A stretch of 64,000 nucleotides of DNA, from the NCBI GenBank assembly GCA_965215265.1, contig OZ244048.1, forward strand, positions 3,008,001 through 3,072,000. The letters are read 5' to 3'. The position numbers were made by a program, and so were the translations under genes. This document shows positions 47,024 to 57,077 of the stretch, piece by piece (within the stretch, counting starts at the first letter, position 1; each line of letters opens with the position of its first letter). Source of the stretch: Candidatus Poribacteria bacterium. Lineage in GTDB: Bacteria > Poribacteria > WGA-4E > WGA-3G. The notes under the pieces were generated by a model. That model was not told the origin of the DNA. It saw only the letters and a program-made list of their open reading frames with translations, and did not search any database.

Positions 47024-47827
47024 ATGACTCCATTGAAATTTCTTAAGAACCGAATTGAAAGACTCTTTTACAAAGTGTACCAAAAACGCCTTGAGGCAGA
47101 GGCGAATACGTGGAACATCCCGCACCATATCGGCGTGATCCTTGATGGGAACCGCCGTTACGCCAAAGCCAGCGGTTTTGATAATGTTGTTAAAGGGCAC
47201 CACGATGGCGCGGATAAACTGGAAGAAGTGCTTCATTGGTGCGATGAACTTGGGGTTAAAATCTTCTCCATTTGGATTTTCTCCTTGGATAACTTCAAAC
47301 GTGCTGACGAGGAAGTAGAGAGCATTCTTGGGCTTATTGAGCGAAGAATGCGGGAACTTGTTAACATTGAAGGACTCCATACAAACCAAATTAAAGTGAG
47401 AGCCATGGGGCAAATAGAGCTCCTACCGCCGAGTCTACAAGAAGCAATCAGGGATGCTGAGATAGCCACCCAACATTATGATAGGTTCATCCTAAATGTC
47501 GCAGTCGCTTATGGCGGACGTGAGGAAATTATTGAAGCGTTCCGGGGGCACCTCAAGGTGGAAACAGGAAAGGGGAAAGATATTAGCCAGATTGCAGAAG
47601 AACTGAGTGTTGATAAAATCGCGCCCTACCTTTACACCTCTAATCTCCCGGATCCTGAGTTAATCATCCGGACCAGTGGGGAGATAAGATTATCAGGCTT
47701 CCTTTTGTGGCAGAGTGTCTATTCAGAATTCTATTTTTGTGAGACGTATTGGCCCTCATTCCGGAAGATAGATTTCCTCAGAGCCCTGCGCGCCTACAGT
47801 CAACGCAAACGCCGGTTCGGAAAATAA
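47024..47827 (+). CDS. uppS: cis-isoprenyl diphosphate synthase (UppS family)
   Basis: HIGVILDGNRR, FSLDNFKR, AYGGREEI, IRTSGEIRLSGFLLWQ, RRFG. Confidence 0.85.
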   Translation: MTPLKFLKNRIERLFYKVYQKRLEAEANTWNIPHHIGVILDGNRRYAKASGFDNVVKGHHDGADKLEEVLHWCDELGVKIFSIWIFSLDNFKRADEEVESILGLIERRMRELVNIEGLHTNQIKVRAMGQIELLPPSLQEAIRDAEIATQHYDRFILNVAVAYGGREEIIEAFRGHLKVETGKGKDISQIAEELSVDKIAPYLYTSNLPDPELIIRTSGEIRLSGFLLWQSVYSEFYFCETYWPSFRKIDFLRALRAYSQRKRRFGK

Positions 47828-48089
47828 TTGGTTTTTGCAAAGAGGCTTCTGCAATTCATGCAAAAACCAGGGTACTCCATATCTGTGTTAAATTCTCAGC
47901 AAGACTTATGGAAAGACACTCATTGAATTGAGATTAACGGTTTTTTCACATGCTTTTTGTAGTAGTGCTGATAGTTAGCATTGAAAAGTTCTTACATTCG
48001 TTCATCCGCGTCGCTGGGCAGGTAGGTTCTGTCTTATGGGTGGAACGGGTGTGTACCTTGATACTGTCCTTATAAAAGGAGCAAAGATA

Positions 48090-48857
48090 ATGCGATTTGG
48101 GATTTGTACCGGTTTAGAAAATGCGAATCGGCTTGCAGAAGTCGGTTATGACTACATTGAATTAGGTGTGCAGTCTGCACTCATACCCGAGGCAGACGAG
48201 GCAGAATTTCAGAAGATTCGGCAGCAAGTCGCCGAGGCCCCCTTAAAACCTGAAGCGTACGCTGGGTTTATTCCGGCTACACTGCGCGTGGTCGGAGATA
48301 CGGTCAATTTTGCACGCCTGTCTCGGTTTGTTGAAGTGGCGTGTTTCCGAGCCAAGGAACTTGGTGGTGAGGTGATTGTTTACGGAAGTGCAGGTTCACG
48401 AAACGTTGAAGCCGGTTATTCACACAAACGCGCATTAGCACAGATTGCCGATTTTCTGGATATGGCTGCCGATCACGCTGAGGCGAACGATATTACTATT
48501 GTCATTGAACCAATTTGCCACAAAGAGGGCAACATAATTCGCACCGTCGCAGATGGGCTGGCGATGGCGAAACGCGTCAACCGCAAGGGGATTAAGGCAC
48601 TTGCCGACCTTTACCATGTTTGGCAAGAAAATGAGCCGGTGCAAAACATTGTTGATGCCGCTGAGTGGTTAGCTCATGTGCATATCGCGGAGCCGGTTAA
48701 ACGTTCCTACCCTGGCAATGATGCCTTTGATTTTACCGATTTCTTTAGAGCACTCCAAAAAGCTGGCTATGATGGCCGTGTTTCTTGTGAATGCAAGTTT
48801 AACAATTTCGACACCGATATAGAGAGTGCGTTGCAAACAATGAAAAAGTACGTCTGA
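48090..48857 (+). CDS. Sugar phosphate isomerase/epimerase
   Basis: GYDYIE, IVIEP, ADLYH, HVHIAE, YDGRVSCE. Confidence 0.8.
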   Translation: MRFGICTGLENANRLAEVGYDYIELGVQSALIPEADEAEFQKIRQQVAEAPLKPEAYAGFIPATLRVVGDTVNFARLSRFVEVACFRAKELGGEVIVYGSAGSRNVEAGYSHKRALAQIADFLDMAADHAEANDITIVIEPICHKEGNIIRTVADGLAMAKRVNRKGIKALADLYHVWQENEPVQNIVDAAEWLAHVHIAEPVKRSYPGNDAFDFTDFFRALQKAGYDGRVSCECKFNNFDTDIESALQTMKKYV

Positions 48858-48916
48858 TACCCCATTTTTGTATGGTACGCCTATCTTTAAGAACGAACGA
48901 TTAGGCAATTCAGGAG

Positions 48917-49870
48917 GTGGGATTTATCGTTAAGCGTGAACAAGGTAGAGTTATCCGAGCGCGAACCGGATTTTACGACGTTTTGCGGAGAGGCGTTGTC
49001 CTGCGATGTACACTTCGCGGTACTCTTAAGCGGGAGCGCCGGACGGAAAGAGGGCGGAGGCTGTACGCCGACCCGGTTGCAGTAGGGGATGAGGTTATCT
49101 TCACGCAGCTTGATGCAGAGGAAGGTGTGGTCGAAGATATCCTGCCGCGTAGGACGAAATTCTCCCGGCGCTACGCTGGGAAACAGGGCGACATTGAACA
49201 AGTTATCGTGGCAAACGCGCATCAAATCGTTGCTGTAGTTTCAACGCTGATGCCGCCGCTTAATTTCCGAACACTGGACCGGTTCCTTATATTAAGCGAA
49301 GCCGGTGGCATGGATGCCACAATATGTCTGAATAAAACGGATTTAGTGGATGCAGATCAGCGTCAAAAACTCGTGGCAACCTTTACGTATTATGAAAAAC
49401 TCCAGTATAGCGTCATCTGGACAAGTGTGACCACGCCTGAGGGGCTAGAGACGTTTCAGCAGGCCCTGAGAGATAAATTCAGTGTGATTGTTGGCGCGTC
49501 TGGTGTCGGGAAATCTAGTCTACTAAATGCGATTCAACCAAGTTTAGAGCTTCGAACCGGTGAAGTCGGCATTAAAACCCAGAAGGGCCGGCACACGACG
49601 ACACTCGTTGAGTTATTCTCGTTAGACATCGGCGGTGAGGTTGCGGATACGCCCGGCATCCGAGAAGTTGGCTTGTGGGGCATTGACACAGAGAATCTCG
49701 AACACTATTTTCCGGAGATGGTGCCCTACCTCGGTACCTGTAAATATAGCGATTGCGCCCATGTCGCTGAGCCCGATTGTGCTATTCAGGGGGCGGTGGA
49801 AGCAGGGGAAATCCATCCGGAACGCTATCGGAGCTACGTTGTCCTCCGCACGGAGGAGAGTGTTGTCTGA
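48917..49870 (+). CDS. rsgA: Ribosome small subunit-dependent GTPase A
   Basis: NKTD, GASGVGKSSLLN, GRHTT, DTPGIR, CKYSDCAHVAEPDC zinc finger. Confidence 0.95.
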   Translation: MGFIVKREQGRVIRARTGFYDVLRRGVVLRCTLRGTLKRERRTERGRRLYADPVAVGDEVIFTQLDAEEGVVEDILPRRTKFSRRYAGKQGDIEQVIVANAHQIVAVVSTLMPPLNFRTLDRFLILSEAGGMDATICLNKTDLVDADQRQKLVATFTYYEKLQYSVIWTSVTTPEGLETFQQALRDKFSVIVGASGVGKSSLLNAIQPSLELRTGEVGIKTQKGRHTTTLVELFSLDIGGEVADTPGIREVGLWGIDTENLEHYFPEMVPYLGTCKYSDCAHVAEPDCAIQGAVEAGEIHPERYRSYVVLRTEESVV

Positions 49871-49885
49871 ATTGCGGTCCGGCTC

Positions 49886-50767
49886 TTATTCTGAACGATG
49901 TCCTGCATAACCACGTGGGTTTTCAAACGCGTCTACCCAGAGATGACACCATTTTGCATGTGTGCTTAGCACAGTCTCCGGGTATTTTCTACTTCGGACA
50001 ATGAAGTCTGGATGTGCGGTTCTTCCAGTGTGCTGACCGGTCGTCTGGTACCGTAGATCCAACGACCAGCGGCACCGGTCAGAACGATTGGGCATTGAAC
50101 GATGTGGCGTAAAGCGACTCAAGAGGATGACATCACCTAGAGAACATTCTAACATGAGCGGTTCAACATCGGGCATTAGTTCGGGGATAATCATCGTGCC
50201 TCCCTCTTTCTGGTGGCGGAGATATCCTATCTCCTCTGTAATGCCGGGCAACGCCTCAAGACAGCCCATCTCCACTGTGCTGTCACCCAAGGGTAGCCAA
50301 CAAGTTACAATATTTGAACCTTCAGCCTCTGGCATCATGACACCGGCATCTTGGTGCCAAGGCACGCCTCCTGCCCAGCTTGCGTTCCCATCTACAACAG
50401 GCGGTTTCGCCCGCAAATGCTGAATTGGATTGCAGGTAATTTCTGCACCAACGATACCTTCAACAACGTCTAAAAGATTGTCGTTTTTGAGGAATTCAAA
50501 GATTGCTTTGCCGCGGTAGTGCATAATATCTAATCCACTCCCTATCTCGGGACACTGTGCGAGCAGCTTCCCAAACCGCCGGTCAAACGGTTCATCCTCA
50601 TAAAGGTTGCTGAGCTTCCCTTCTTCCTGCAACGCTATTGCCTGCGCGGATATCCAGTCTGAAATTTCATCAATTACAGGCTCCAAGTCAGCATCAGTTA
50701 ATGCATTTTTGACTAACAGCACCCCTTTCGTCCGAAAAATGTCACACTGTTGTTGTGTAAGTTTCAT
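49886..50767 (-). CDS. PhyH-like Fe(II)/2OG dioxygenase
   Basis: PWHQD, WLPLGD, PHRS, RWSLDLRY. Confidence 0.85.
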   Translation of the reverse strand: MKLTQQQCDIFRTKGVLLVKNALTDADLEPVIDEISDWISAQAIALQEEGKLSNLYEDEPFDRRFGKLLAQCPEIGSGLDIMHYRGKAIFEFLKNDNLLDVVEGIVGAEITCNPIQHLRAKPPVVDGNASWAGGVPWHQDAGVMMPEAEGSNIVTCWLPLGDSTVEMGCLEALPGITEEIGYLRHQKEGGTMIIPELMPDVEPLMLECSLGDVILLSRFTPHRSMPNRSDRCRWSLDLRYQTTGQHTGRTAHPDFIVRSRKYPETVLSTHAKWCHLWVDAFENPRGYAGHRSE

Positions 50768-50916
50768 AAAGCGTCTATTCCTTTAAATAGTAAAAAAAAC
50801 GTCAGTTTGCACTAACATAAATGATAGAAATCCTCAGTTTCATAATAGGTTTGATTTATCACATTCCATCTGTCTGCAGAATGCGTGCGTAAAATAAGTT
50901 CGTTACCGCAGCTGAA

Positions 50917-51807
50917 CTAAGGCAGCTGCACAATAGCTATTCCTTGTTCCCCTGCGACGGAATAAAGCAGCCATTTCTGTCCGTTCTCACAATAGATTGC
51001 TGGATCCCGGAGTTCGTGAACCCGTTCTTTGTCAAGTCCGCCCGTTGATGGCAGAATTGGCAGATTGACACCTTCAAAATCGTATTTCGGCGCAAGTACC
51101 TCCATCGGTGGAGATGGCTGCCATTGATTCCAATCTTCTGTCAATTGTACAGTGCTTTTTCGGATACGTTCCGGGCTATCTCCATAAAGGGAGTAATAGA
51201 CAGTAAGCGTGTCGTCCTCAAGATGATTCGCTGTATGCCGCGGGAAACCGGTGTTGTCCTTATCCGATAGGCGCGGAAAGAGCGGTGTGTCACGTTGAAC
51301 GAATGATGTTGTCCATTCCGGTGTTTTTCCGCGGCTCAGCCAACCATGATGTGTTGCATAAGGGTACCCACGCCACCAAAAAACACGAAAATAGGCCCCG
51401 TGTTCCTTCTCTAAAGTCTTTGAAGCTGTATAATGCACACCATCAGTCGAGGTTGCCCAACTGCTCGCCTGTCCGCCGCCATACGTTCCATGGAAATACA
51501 TGAAGAAGCGTCTATTTTCCTCGTCTATGTGGACATCTGGCGAAGCGATGTGGTCCCGCCCGCTGAAGACAGTATTATCACGATGCAATGCACCGGCGCG
51601 ATATACAGTATAGGGACCCTCAATCGTATCGGCGTAAGCCAACCGGATGTAAGCGCCACGGTGGTGGGCAAAATAGAGATAATAGGTACCCAAAGGTTTT
51701 TTTACCCACTCCGGGACACGGATGAGCGAGGGGCCGTTGATATTGGAGAACCCATGTTCCTGCTCCAGTTCAGGCATGTCTGAATGAATAAGCAGTGTCC
51801 GTTTCAT
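50917..51807 (-). CDS. Putative five-bladed beta-propeller glycoside hydrolase-like protein
   Basis: NINGPS, YYLYFAHH, HIASPDV, LRDPAIY, LLYSVAGE. Confidence 0.5.
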   Translation of the reverse strand: MKRTLLIHSDMPELEQEHGFSNINGPSLIRVPEWVKKPLGTYYLYFAHHRGAYIRLAYADTIEGPYTVYRAGALHRDNTVFSGRDHIASPDVHIDEENRRFFMYFHGTYGGGQASSWATSTDGVHYTASKTLEKEHGAYFRVFWWRGYPYATHHGWLSRGKTPEWTTSFVQRDTPLFPRLSDKDNTGFPRHTANHLEDDTLTVYYSLYGDSPERIRKSTVQLTEDWNQWQPSPPMEVLAPKYDFEGVNLPILPSTGGLDKERVHELRDPAIYCENGQKWLLYSVAGEQGIAIVQLP

Positions 51808-51924
51808 CTTTTACCTCTGTCAACTCAAAAAGGTTTGCTCTCAATTTCTTCTAAGGGAATAAGAATTTCTGCCTTTTTTCTAAAAATTATGATACCATAA
51901 TAGATAAAATTTGACAAGGAGCCC

Positions 51925-52953
51925 GTGATGAAAGGCAAACGGATTATCATGCCAGCGAAACGTTCCGTAACGCTGGAAGATTTTGAATTGGATGAAAAGC
52001 TCAATGCTAACGAAATCTTGCTAGAGACGGATTATAGCTTGATTAGTCCTGGCACCGAAGGTGCCGGATATACCGGGCTTGAAAGCGGGACACGGTTCCC
52101 ACACGGCTCAGGTTACACTGCTATTGGTGAAGTTCTCAAAGTTGGTGAAAAAGTAAAGAAATGTGCAGTCGGTGACCTCGTCTTCTGTTATACTCCGCAT
52201 GCTTCTATTGCAAAAACCAACCGGGTCTTTCTGGCGTTCAAACCGCCGTTAGCGTGTGATGCAAAATTGGTGCCGTTCGTGCGGATGGCAACAGTTGCGA
52301 TGACAGCGCTACGCGTCTCGGCTGCGGAGTTTGGTGATACTGTAGTCATCATCGGCTTAGGATTGGTGGGCAATTCTGCTGCCCAGCTTTTTAGCTTAGC
52401 CGGCATGAAAGTGATCGGCGTTGAGCGCGTGGAAGCTCGCCTAGAAATCGCGCGGAAGTGCGGCATCCAACATCTGATTAATCCTGATGCCGCAGATGTA
52501 TTGGAACGTGTCATCGCGTTGACAGACGGTGAAAAAGCAGAAGTGACCGTTGAGGCAATTGGAAACCCCCGGCTCGTTGAAATGGCATATCAATTGACAC
52601 GTGCCAAGGGTGAAGTTATTCTGCTTGGTTCACCACGTGGAGAATTTATCACAAATGCGACGGCACTTCTAAACTATAGCCATAGTATCGGCTTAGGCGC
52701 GATAACACTTCGGAGCGCGCACGAATGGGTGTATCCGGTCGTGCATACGGCGGAGGCAAAGCATTCACTTGAACGGAATTCGCGCATCGTACATTCCCTG
52801 ATGATAGATGGAAAGTTCAACGTAGCGGAATTGCTAACGCACGTTATTAATCCTGAAGATGCACAAGCCGCCTATGACGGATTAACCGATCGGAAAGATG
52901 AATACTTAGGCGTAGTGATGGATTGGAAAAATTACACTGCCCAACGATTCTGA
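51925..52953 (+). CDS. Medium-chain dehydrogenase/reductase (alcohol dehydrogenase-like)
   Basis: ISPGTE, GLGLVG NAD-binding motif. Confidence 0.8.
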   Translation: MMKGKRIIMPAKRSVTLEDFELDEKLNANEILLETDYSLISPGTEGAGYTGLESGTRFPHGSGYTAIGEVLKVGEKVKKCAVGDLVFCYTPHASIAKTNRVFLAFKPPLACDAKLVPFVRMATVAMTALRVSAAEFGDTVVIIGLGLVGNSAAQLFSLAGMKVIGVERVEARLEIARKCGIQHLINPDAADVLERVIALTDGEKAEVTVEAIGNPRLVEMAYQLTRAKGEVILLGSPRGEFITNATALLNYSHSIGLGAITLRSAHEWVYPVVHTAEAKHSLERNSRIVHSLMIDGKFNVAELLTHVINPEDAQAAYDGLTDRKDEYLGVVMDWKNYTAQRF

Positions 52954-54290
52954 AATTCCAACACCATTGCCTCCGGTGCGCCATGTTGTGCCAAGAACTC
53001 CAAGAACGCCTGGTAGAGCCGGCGGGCTTCGGCTGTATCCGACTCAAATCGATTTTTCATTTGCGTCGGATCGGTGGGCAAGTGGAATAACTGTTTTGGG
53101 GCACCCTGATTCTCAAGTAGGAGTGACCACGTTCCATCTGTGATGCTTCCGTGCGGGCTGCCCCCATCGGGGCTCCATCCGCCAACCCACGCCCCATGTG
53201 TAATCGCGTACTCGCGCCCCGTATCGGTATCGCCCATGATTGCCGGGAATAGACTGTTGCCTTCAACCTGTGCGCCGCGTTCCGCGCCAAAAACGTCAAT
53301 TACGGTAGCCGGGATGTCAATGATACTCGCGAGTGCATCCGTGTGCCGGGGCGTTGCCTCCGGATGATAAATGAACAAGGGAATGTGAACAATCTCTTCA
53401 TACATACTCAAATTCTTCGCGAGAAGTCCATGTTCCCCCAAAAGAAAACCGTGGTCAGCCATGAAAATTATCATGGTGTTTGCCATCAATCCCATATAGT
53501 CAATTTTACGAAGGAGCTGCCCGAGCCAATTATCAACAAGTGATGCTTCGGCCCGGTAAAGCGCGTTAAGACGTTGCGTCGTGCGCTCGTCCATTGTATT
53601 GTGCCCGTAGGGCGGATAAATCGGCTCGGGCCCGTCGTAATCGCTTGAATCGAAACGATGTAGGTACCATTCAGGTGCGTCCCACGGCTCATGCGGGTCG
53701 AAGGTGTCTACCATGAGATAGAAGTTTTCGTGTTGGTAATTCCGCTCCAGCCAGTCGCATGCTGTTTGCACGGTTTGCGCCACGAAGGTATCTCCTTCGT
53801 TTTGCCTGAACGCGGTATTTTTTAGGTGATTACCCAGGCCAAGGGGGAGTCTGTTGGGATGCGTTCGAGTGTATTCGCGATACTGCAGTGCTTGATGTGA
53901 TTCATAATCGTATGGTTGTGTCTCCAAACAATCGCCTTCCTGTCCGCGAATCCATTTCCAGCCGGTGAACCCGCGATTGTAAAAGAAACCGTTATTGATG
54001 TGATGCGGTGTATCGGCAATCATCATGCTGACAACGTCAGTCTTTGTCAAAGCATCTGCAATCACCGGTACATTGCGCTTGAGAGGTTCCCACCCCCGGC
54101 GACAGATTCCAACTTGTCCGGTCACCAAATCCCCGCGAATTGGCACAGTTGGGTAACTACAGACGTATGCTTTGTCGAAAACTACGCATTTTTCTGCGAA
54201 GGCATTCAGTGAGGGGCAGTATCCCTTCTCGCCATAAATTGCGAGATTATCCCGCCGAAATGTATCTGAAATAATATGTATAACATTCAT
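52932..54290 (-). CDS. Sulfatase-family / alkaline phosphatase superfamily hydrolase (TxPxR variant)
   Basis: NVIHIISDT, SYPTVPIR..LVTG, FDPHEPWD, ADHG. Confidence 0.8.
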   Translation of the reverse strand: MNVIHIISDTFRRDNLAIYGEKGYCPSLNAFAEKCVVFDKAYVCSYPTVPIRGDLVTGQVGICRRGWEPLKRNVPVIADALTKTDVVSMMIADTPHHINNGFFYNRGFTGWKWIRGQEGDCLETQPYDYESHQALQYREYTRTHPNRLPLGLGNHLKNTAFRQNEGDTFVAQTVQTACDWLERNYQHENFYLMVDTFDPHEPWDAPEWYLHRFDSSDYDGPEPIYPPYGHNTMDERTTQRLNALYRAEASLVDNWLGQLLRKIDYMGLMANTMIIFMADHGFLLGEHGLLAKNLSMYEEIVHIPLFIYHPEATPRHTDALASIIDIPATVIDVFGAERGAQVEGNSLFPAIMGDTDTGREYAITHGAWVGGWSPDGGSPHGSITDGTWSLLLENQGAPKQLFHLPTDPTQMKNRFESDTAEARRLYQAFLEFLAQHGAPEAMVLEFQNRWAV

Positions 54291-54485
54291 GATAACTGTT
54301 CTCCTACTGTCTGGGCGTGAATGTTAGCCCTTGGGTCTCTTTCTATCCGATACGGTTTAGTGGGTATTATACCTCACTTCCACTATTTCTGCTACTGTCT
54401 ATAGACATTTGTTCTCCAATAGCGATAGTTTATACAATTAATTAACGCGAATATAAATGCTGATTATGTCTCTGGTGTAAAATTG

Positions 54486-55901
54486 TCAACAACCGGATGA
54501 ACTCAATCTCCTTTGCTGTGCATGCATTTGCACGACAGCGGGCAATAATCCGTAAATGCCCCAAAACGGAACCCCAATAGCATCGCCGTTCAAGAGATTG
54601 TTGACGGTGAAATGCCCCATTAACGAAAATTCGGCGGCTATGAGCCCAATGACGATGGCCCGATAAAAGCCGGATGCGCCTCCTGAACTACCTTCAATTG
54701 CTTTCAGTGCGCGGAAACCATATCGCAGGAAGGCAAGATTAAGCCATACCCACGTGATAAAACCGACTATCCCTAATTCGGCCAGTACCTGAAGATATTC
54801 GCTGTGCGCGCCAAGCTGGAACTGTGCGGTATACGTACCGACAAGTCCTATATCCTCTTCATAAAGCATAGCGAAAGCCCCGTACCCTTTGCCAAGTATC
54901 GGACTTTCAAGGAACATTGTGACTGCTTGCCCCCACCGGAGGAGCCGTGCCCGGTTTGAGGCATAATTCATATCTACTGTAGACGAAATGCGTTCCACCA
55001 TAACACTATAGACACCCGGTAGATTCAGACACACCAACAAAATAAGAGAGGCGGCTCCAATAAACAGAACCTTTTTATGCGTAACGCCTCTACCGAGTTG
55101 TAGTAGCATCAAACCAACTGCGACAACTACAGATAGCCAGACACCTCGTGAAAAACACATAATGAGCCCGAATCCAAAGCAGAGAAAACAGCCCACCCAC
55201 ATAACCTTGTCATAAGATGTATTATCAAATAACAATCGACTGAGACAGATGAGGAAAAAGATTGCGGTGAAAGAACCGTAAACGGAGTAATTGGTAAACG
55301 GGGCGTGCTGATATGCACTAGTCCACTGCCACTCATCAATGTGATAGATGAGTACAACAACCGTCCATATCACAGCGATAGCTGCAGTGGGAAAGGTAGC
55401 GATAGAGAGCCGCTTCAATGTACGTTGATGCTGGAGCCGATCGTACACCACCAGGCTGAACATCATGTAGGCAGTCGCGCGCGTTGCCCCCTTGAGCGTG
55501 CCAAACAAGTCAGGTGTATTAACTGCAGATAGAAATGTAACGAGGATATGACAACAGAGGGGGGCGAAGAGAGGAAAGGTATTATTCCGCTGCTGCCGGT
55601 TTGCGAAATCTATAATCTTTTTTACGCAATAAACGGCAGCTAGCATTCCCAAAAGCGGTTCCGTCGGAGTCTGAATCTCGAACCCTCCAGAGAAAATGTA
55701 ACGGAAGGAAAAGGGCAAGGCAATTAATAGGACATAAATCGCGAGTTCCATGCCCATAAAGACAAAGGCTCCCGTAGCAACTAACAGGCTTAGGAGCAGC
55801 AGGGGGGTGCCGGAATAACGGCCGATGATACCACCGAATACTAGACAAACGAGAATGAGAAGAATTTGCTTGCCATATTCCAATTTTTGTATCGTATTCA
55901 A
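54486..55901 (-). CDS. O-antigen ligase family membrane protein
   Basis: FSRGVW, SNRARL, PILGKGYG, AHSEYLQVLAELG. Confidence 0.8.
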   Translation of the reverse strand: MNTIQKLEYGKQILLILVCLVFGGIIGRYSGTPLLLLSLLVATGAFVFMGMELAIYVLLIALPFSFRYIFSGGFEIQTPTEPLLGMLAAVYCVKKIIDFANRQQRNNTFPLFAPLCCHILVTFLSAVNTPDLFGTLKGATRATAYMMFSLVVYDRLQHQRTLKRLSIATFPTAAIAVIWTVVVLIYHIDEWQWTSAYQHAPFTNYSVYGSFTAIFFLICLSRLLFDNTSYDKVMWVGCFLCFGFGLIMCFSRGVWLSVVVAVGLMLLQLGRGVTHKKVLFIGAASLILLVCLNLPGVYSVMVERISSTVDMNYASNRARLLRWGQAVTMFLESPILGKGYGAFAMLYEEDIGLVGTYTAQFQLGAHSEYLQVLAELGIVGFITWVWLNLAFLRYGFRALKAIEGSSGGASGFYRAIVIGLIAAEFSLMGHFTVNNLLNGDAIGVPFWGIYGLLPAVVQMHAQQRRLSSSGC

Positions 55902-56102
55902 ATTTGTTTATCTTTTTTTCAAGGATGCAGGTTTACAGAAGATAGATTTGCTTGGGGTTGTAGTATTCCTCTACCTTCGGGCGTGCGTTAAACTGCCACG
56001 GTTTGAGGTTATCACCAAAATAGCGTGTACTTACTGAAGTCTCTACCGAAATCCATGGTCCAGGTTGTCTGCCAAGACCCCCGGTGCACACCATACCGTG
56101 AA

Positions 56103-56843
56103 CTAAAACCGCATTCTGACTCCGAACCCGATAGCTGTTCCATCTAAAACGACAGAAAGAGGCACAGAGCCACTCGTTTCCACAGTTTTGAGGAGGCGTT
56201 TTAGTTCGAAATTAAGGGAGATGGTGTCTGCCCATCTAAATACTTCGGCACCTACAACGACATATCCTGTTGTCCCTGAAGAACTATCATCAAATGAGAT
56301 ACCTTGTTGTTCAATTAAATCGGTTGCACTCCCGCTGAAACTTGCCCCTAAAAAACCGAGCCCCCCTCCCAAATAAAGAGGGAGAAATTCTGACAGAAGC
56401 ACCGGACGGTAGATAAGTTGATACGAGATAGGTATAAGCGTCGTTGTAAGGTTTGCTGAGATTGGTGGTGGAATATCGAGCTGCATCTGCCCATAGCCGA
56501 ATTCTAACCGCGAATCTAATTCAGACGAGTGTTCAATGACAATAGAGAACATGGGCATAAGTACCGCAGGAATTTCCGAGACCCCAACACTCTGGAGAAT
56601 ATCAGTTAAGTCACCTAATTCAGGTCTGTATGAAAAGATAGAGGCTTGGACTGAGTAAGATTGGATGTGCTCATCAAGAAAATCTAATAAGATGGGTTCC
56701 GGCCGGCCTGATTCAGTGGGAACCGCGGCTTCCGCTGCTTCAGTGGAACTGCCGAATAATGAACTAGGAATCAGCAGGAGTAAGAAAAAAAACAGGAATA
56801 TAATTCTTATGAGAGGGTATTGAACTGTGCGCCGTGGTTGCAT
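56103..56843 (-). CDS. Small outer-membrane beta-barrel protein
   Basis: Signal peptide, PLYLGGGLG, C-terminal GFGVRMRF. Confidence 0.6.
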   Translation of the reverse strand: MQPRRTVQYPLIRIIFLFFFLLLLIPSSLFGSSTEAAEAAVPTESGRPEPILLDFLDEHIQSYSVQASIFSYRPELGDLTDILQSVGVSEIPAVLMPMFSIVIEHSSELDSRLEFGYGQMQLDIPPPISANLTTTLIPISYQLIYRPVLLSEFLPLYLGGGLGFLGASFSGSATDLIEQQGISFDDSSSGTTGYVVVGAEVFRWADTISLNFELKRLLKTVETSGSVPLSVVLDGTAIGFGVRMRF

Positions 56844-56864
56844 ACTGGTTTGTCATTGCGTTAA

Positions 56865-56981
56865 AGATTGGATGTGGAGCGCGAATGTGGGAGTACTTTT
56901 CTGATTGCGACTCCCACCGCTGCGCTCACAGCTCATACTGCGTTAGATAGAGCTTCCAATCTGTTTGTTTGGACATCCAAT
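56865..56981. other. Candidate multi-stem structured RNA element
   Basis: Four nested or adjacent inverted repeats forming a three-way junction, plus an alternative 9-bp pairing. Confidence 0.4.
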
Positions 56982-57077
56982 TTCTTGTATCGTCCTCAAA
57001 CACGTTTGTCTTGGCATGAATATTTAACTGTTGTCTGGTCAGAGCGATCTTAGCAAGGATTCCAACTCAAGTAACAG

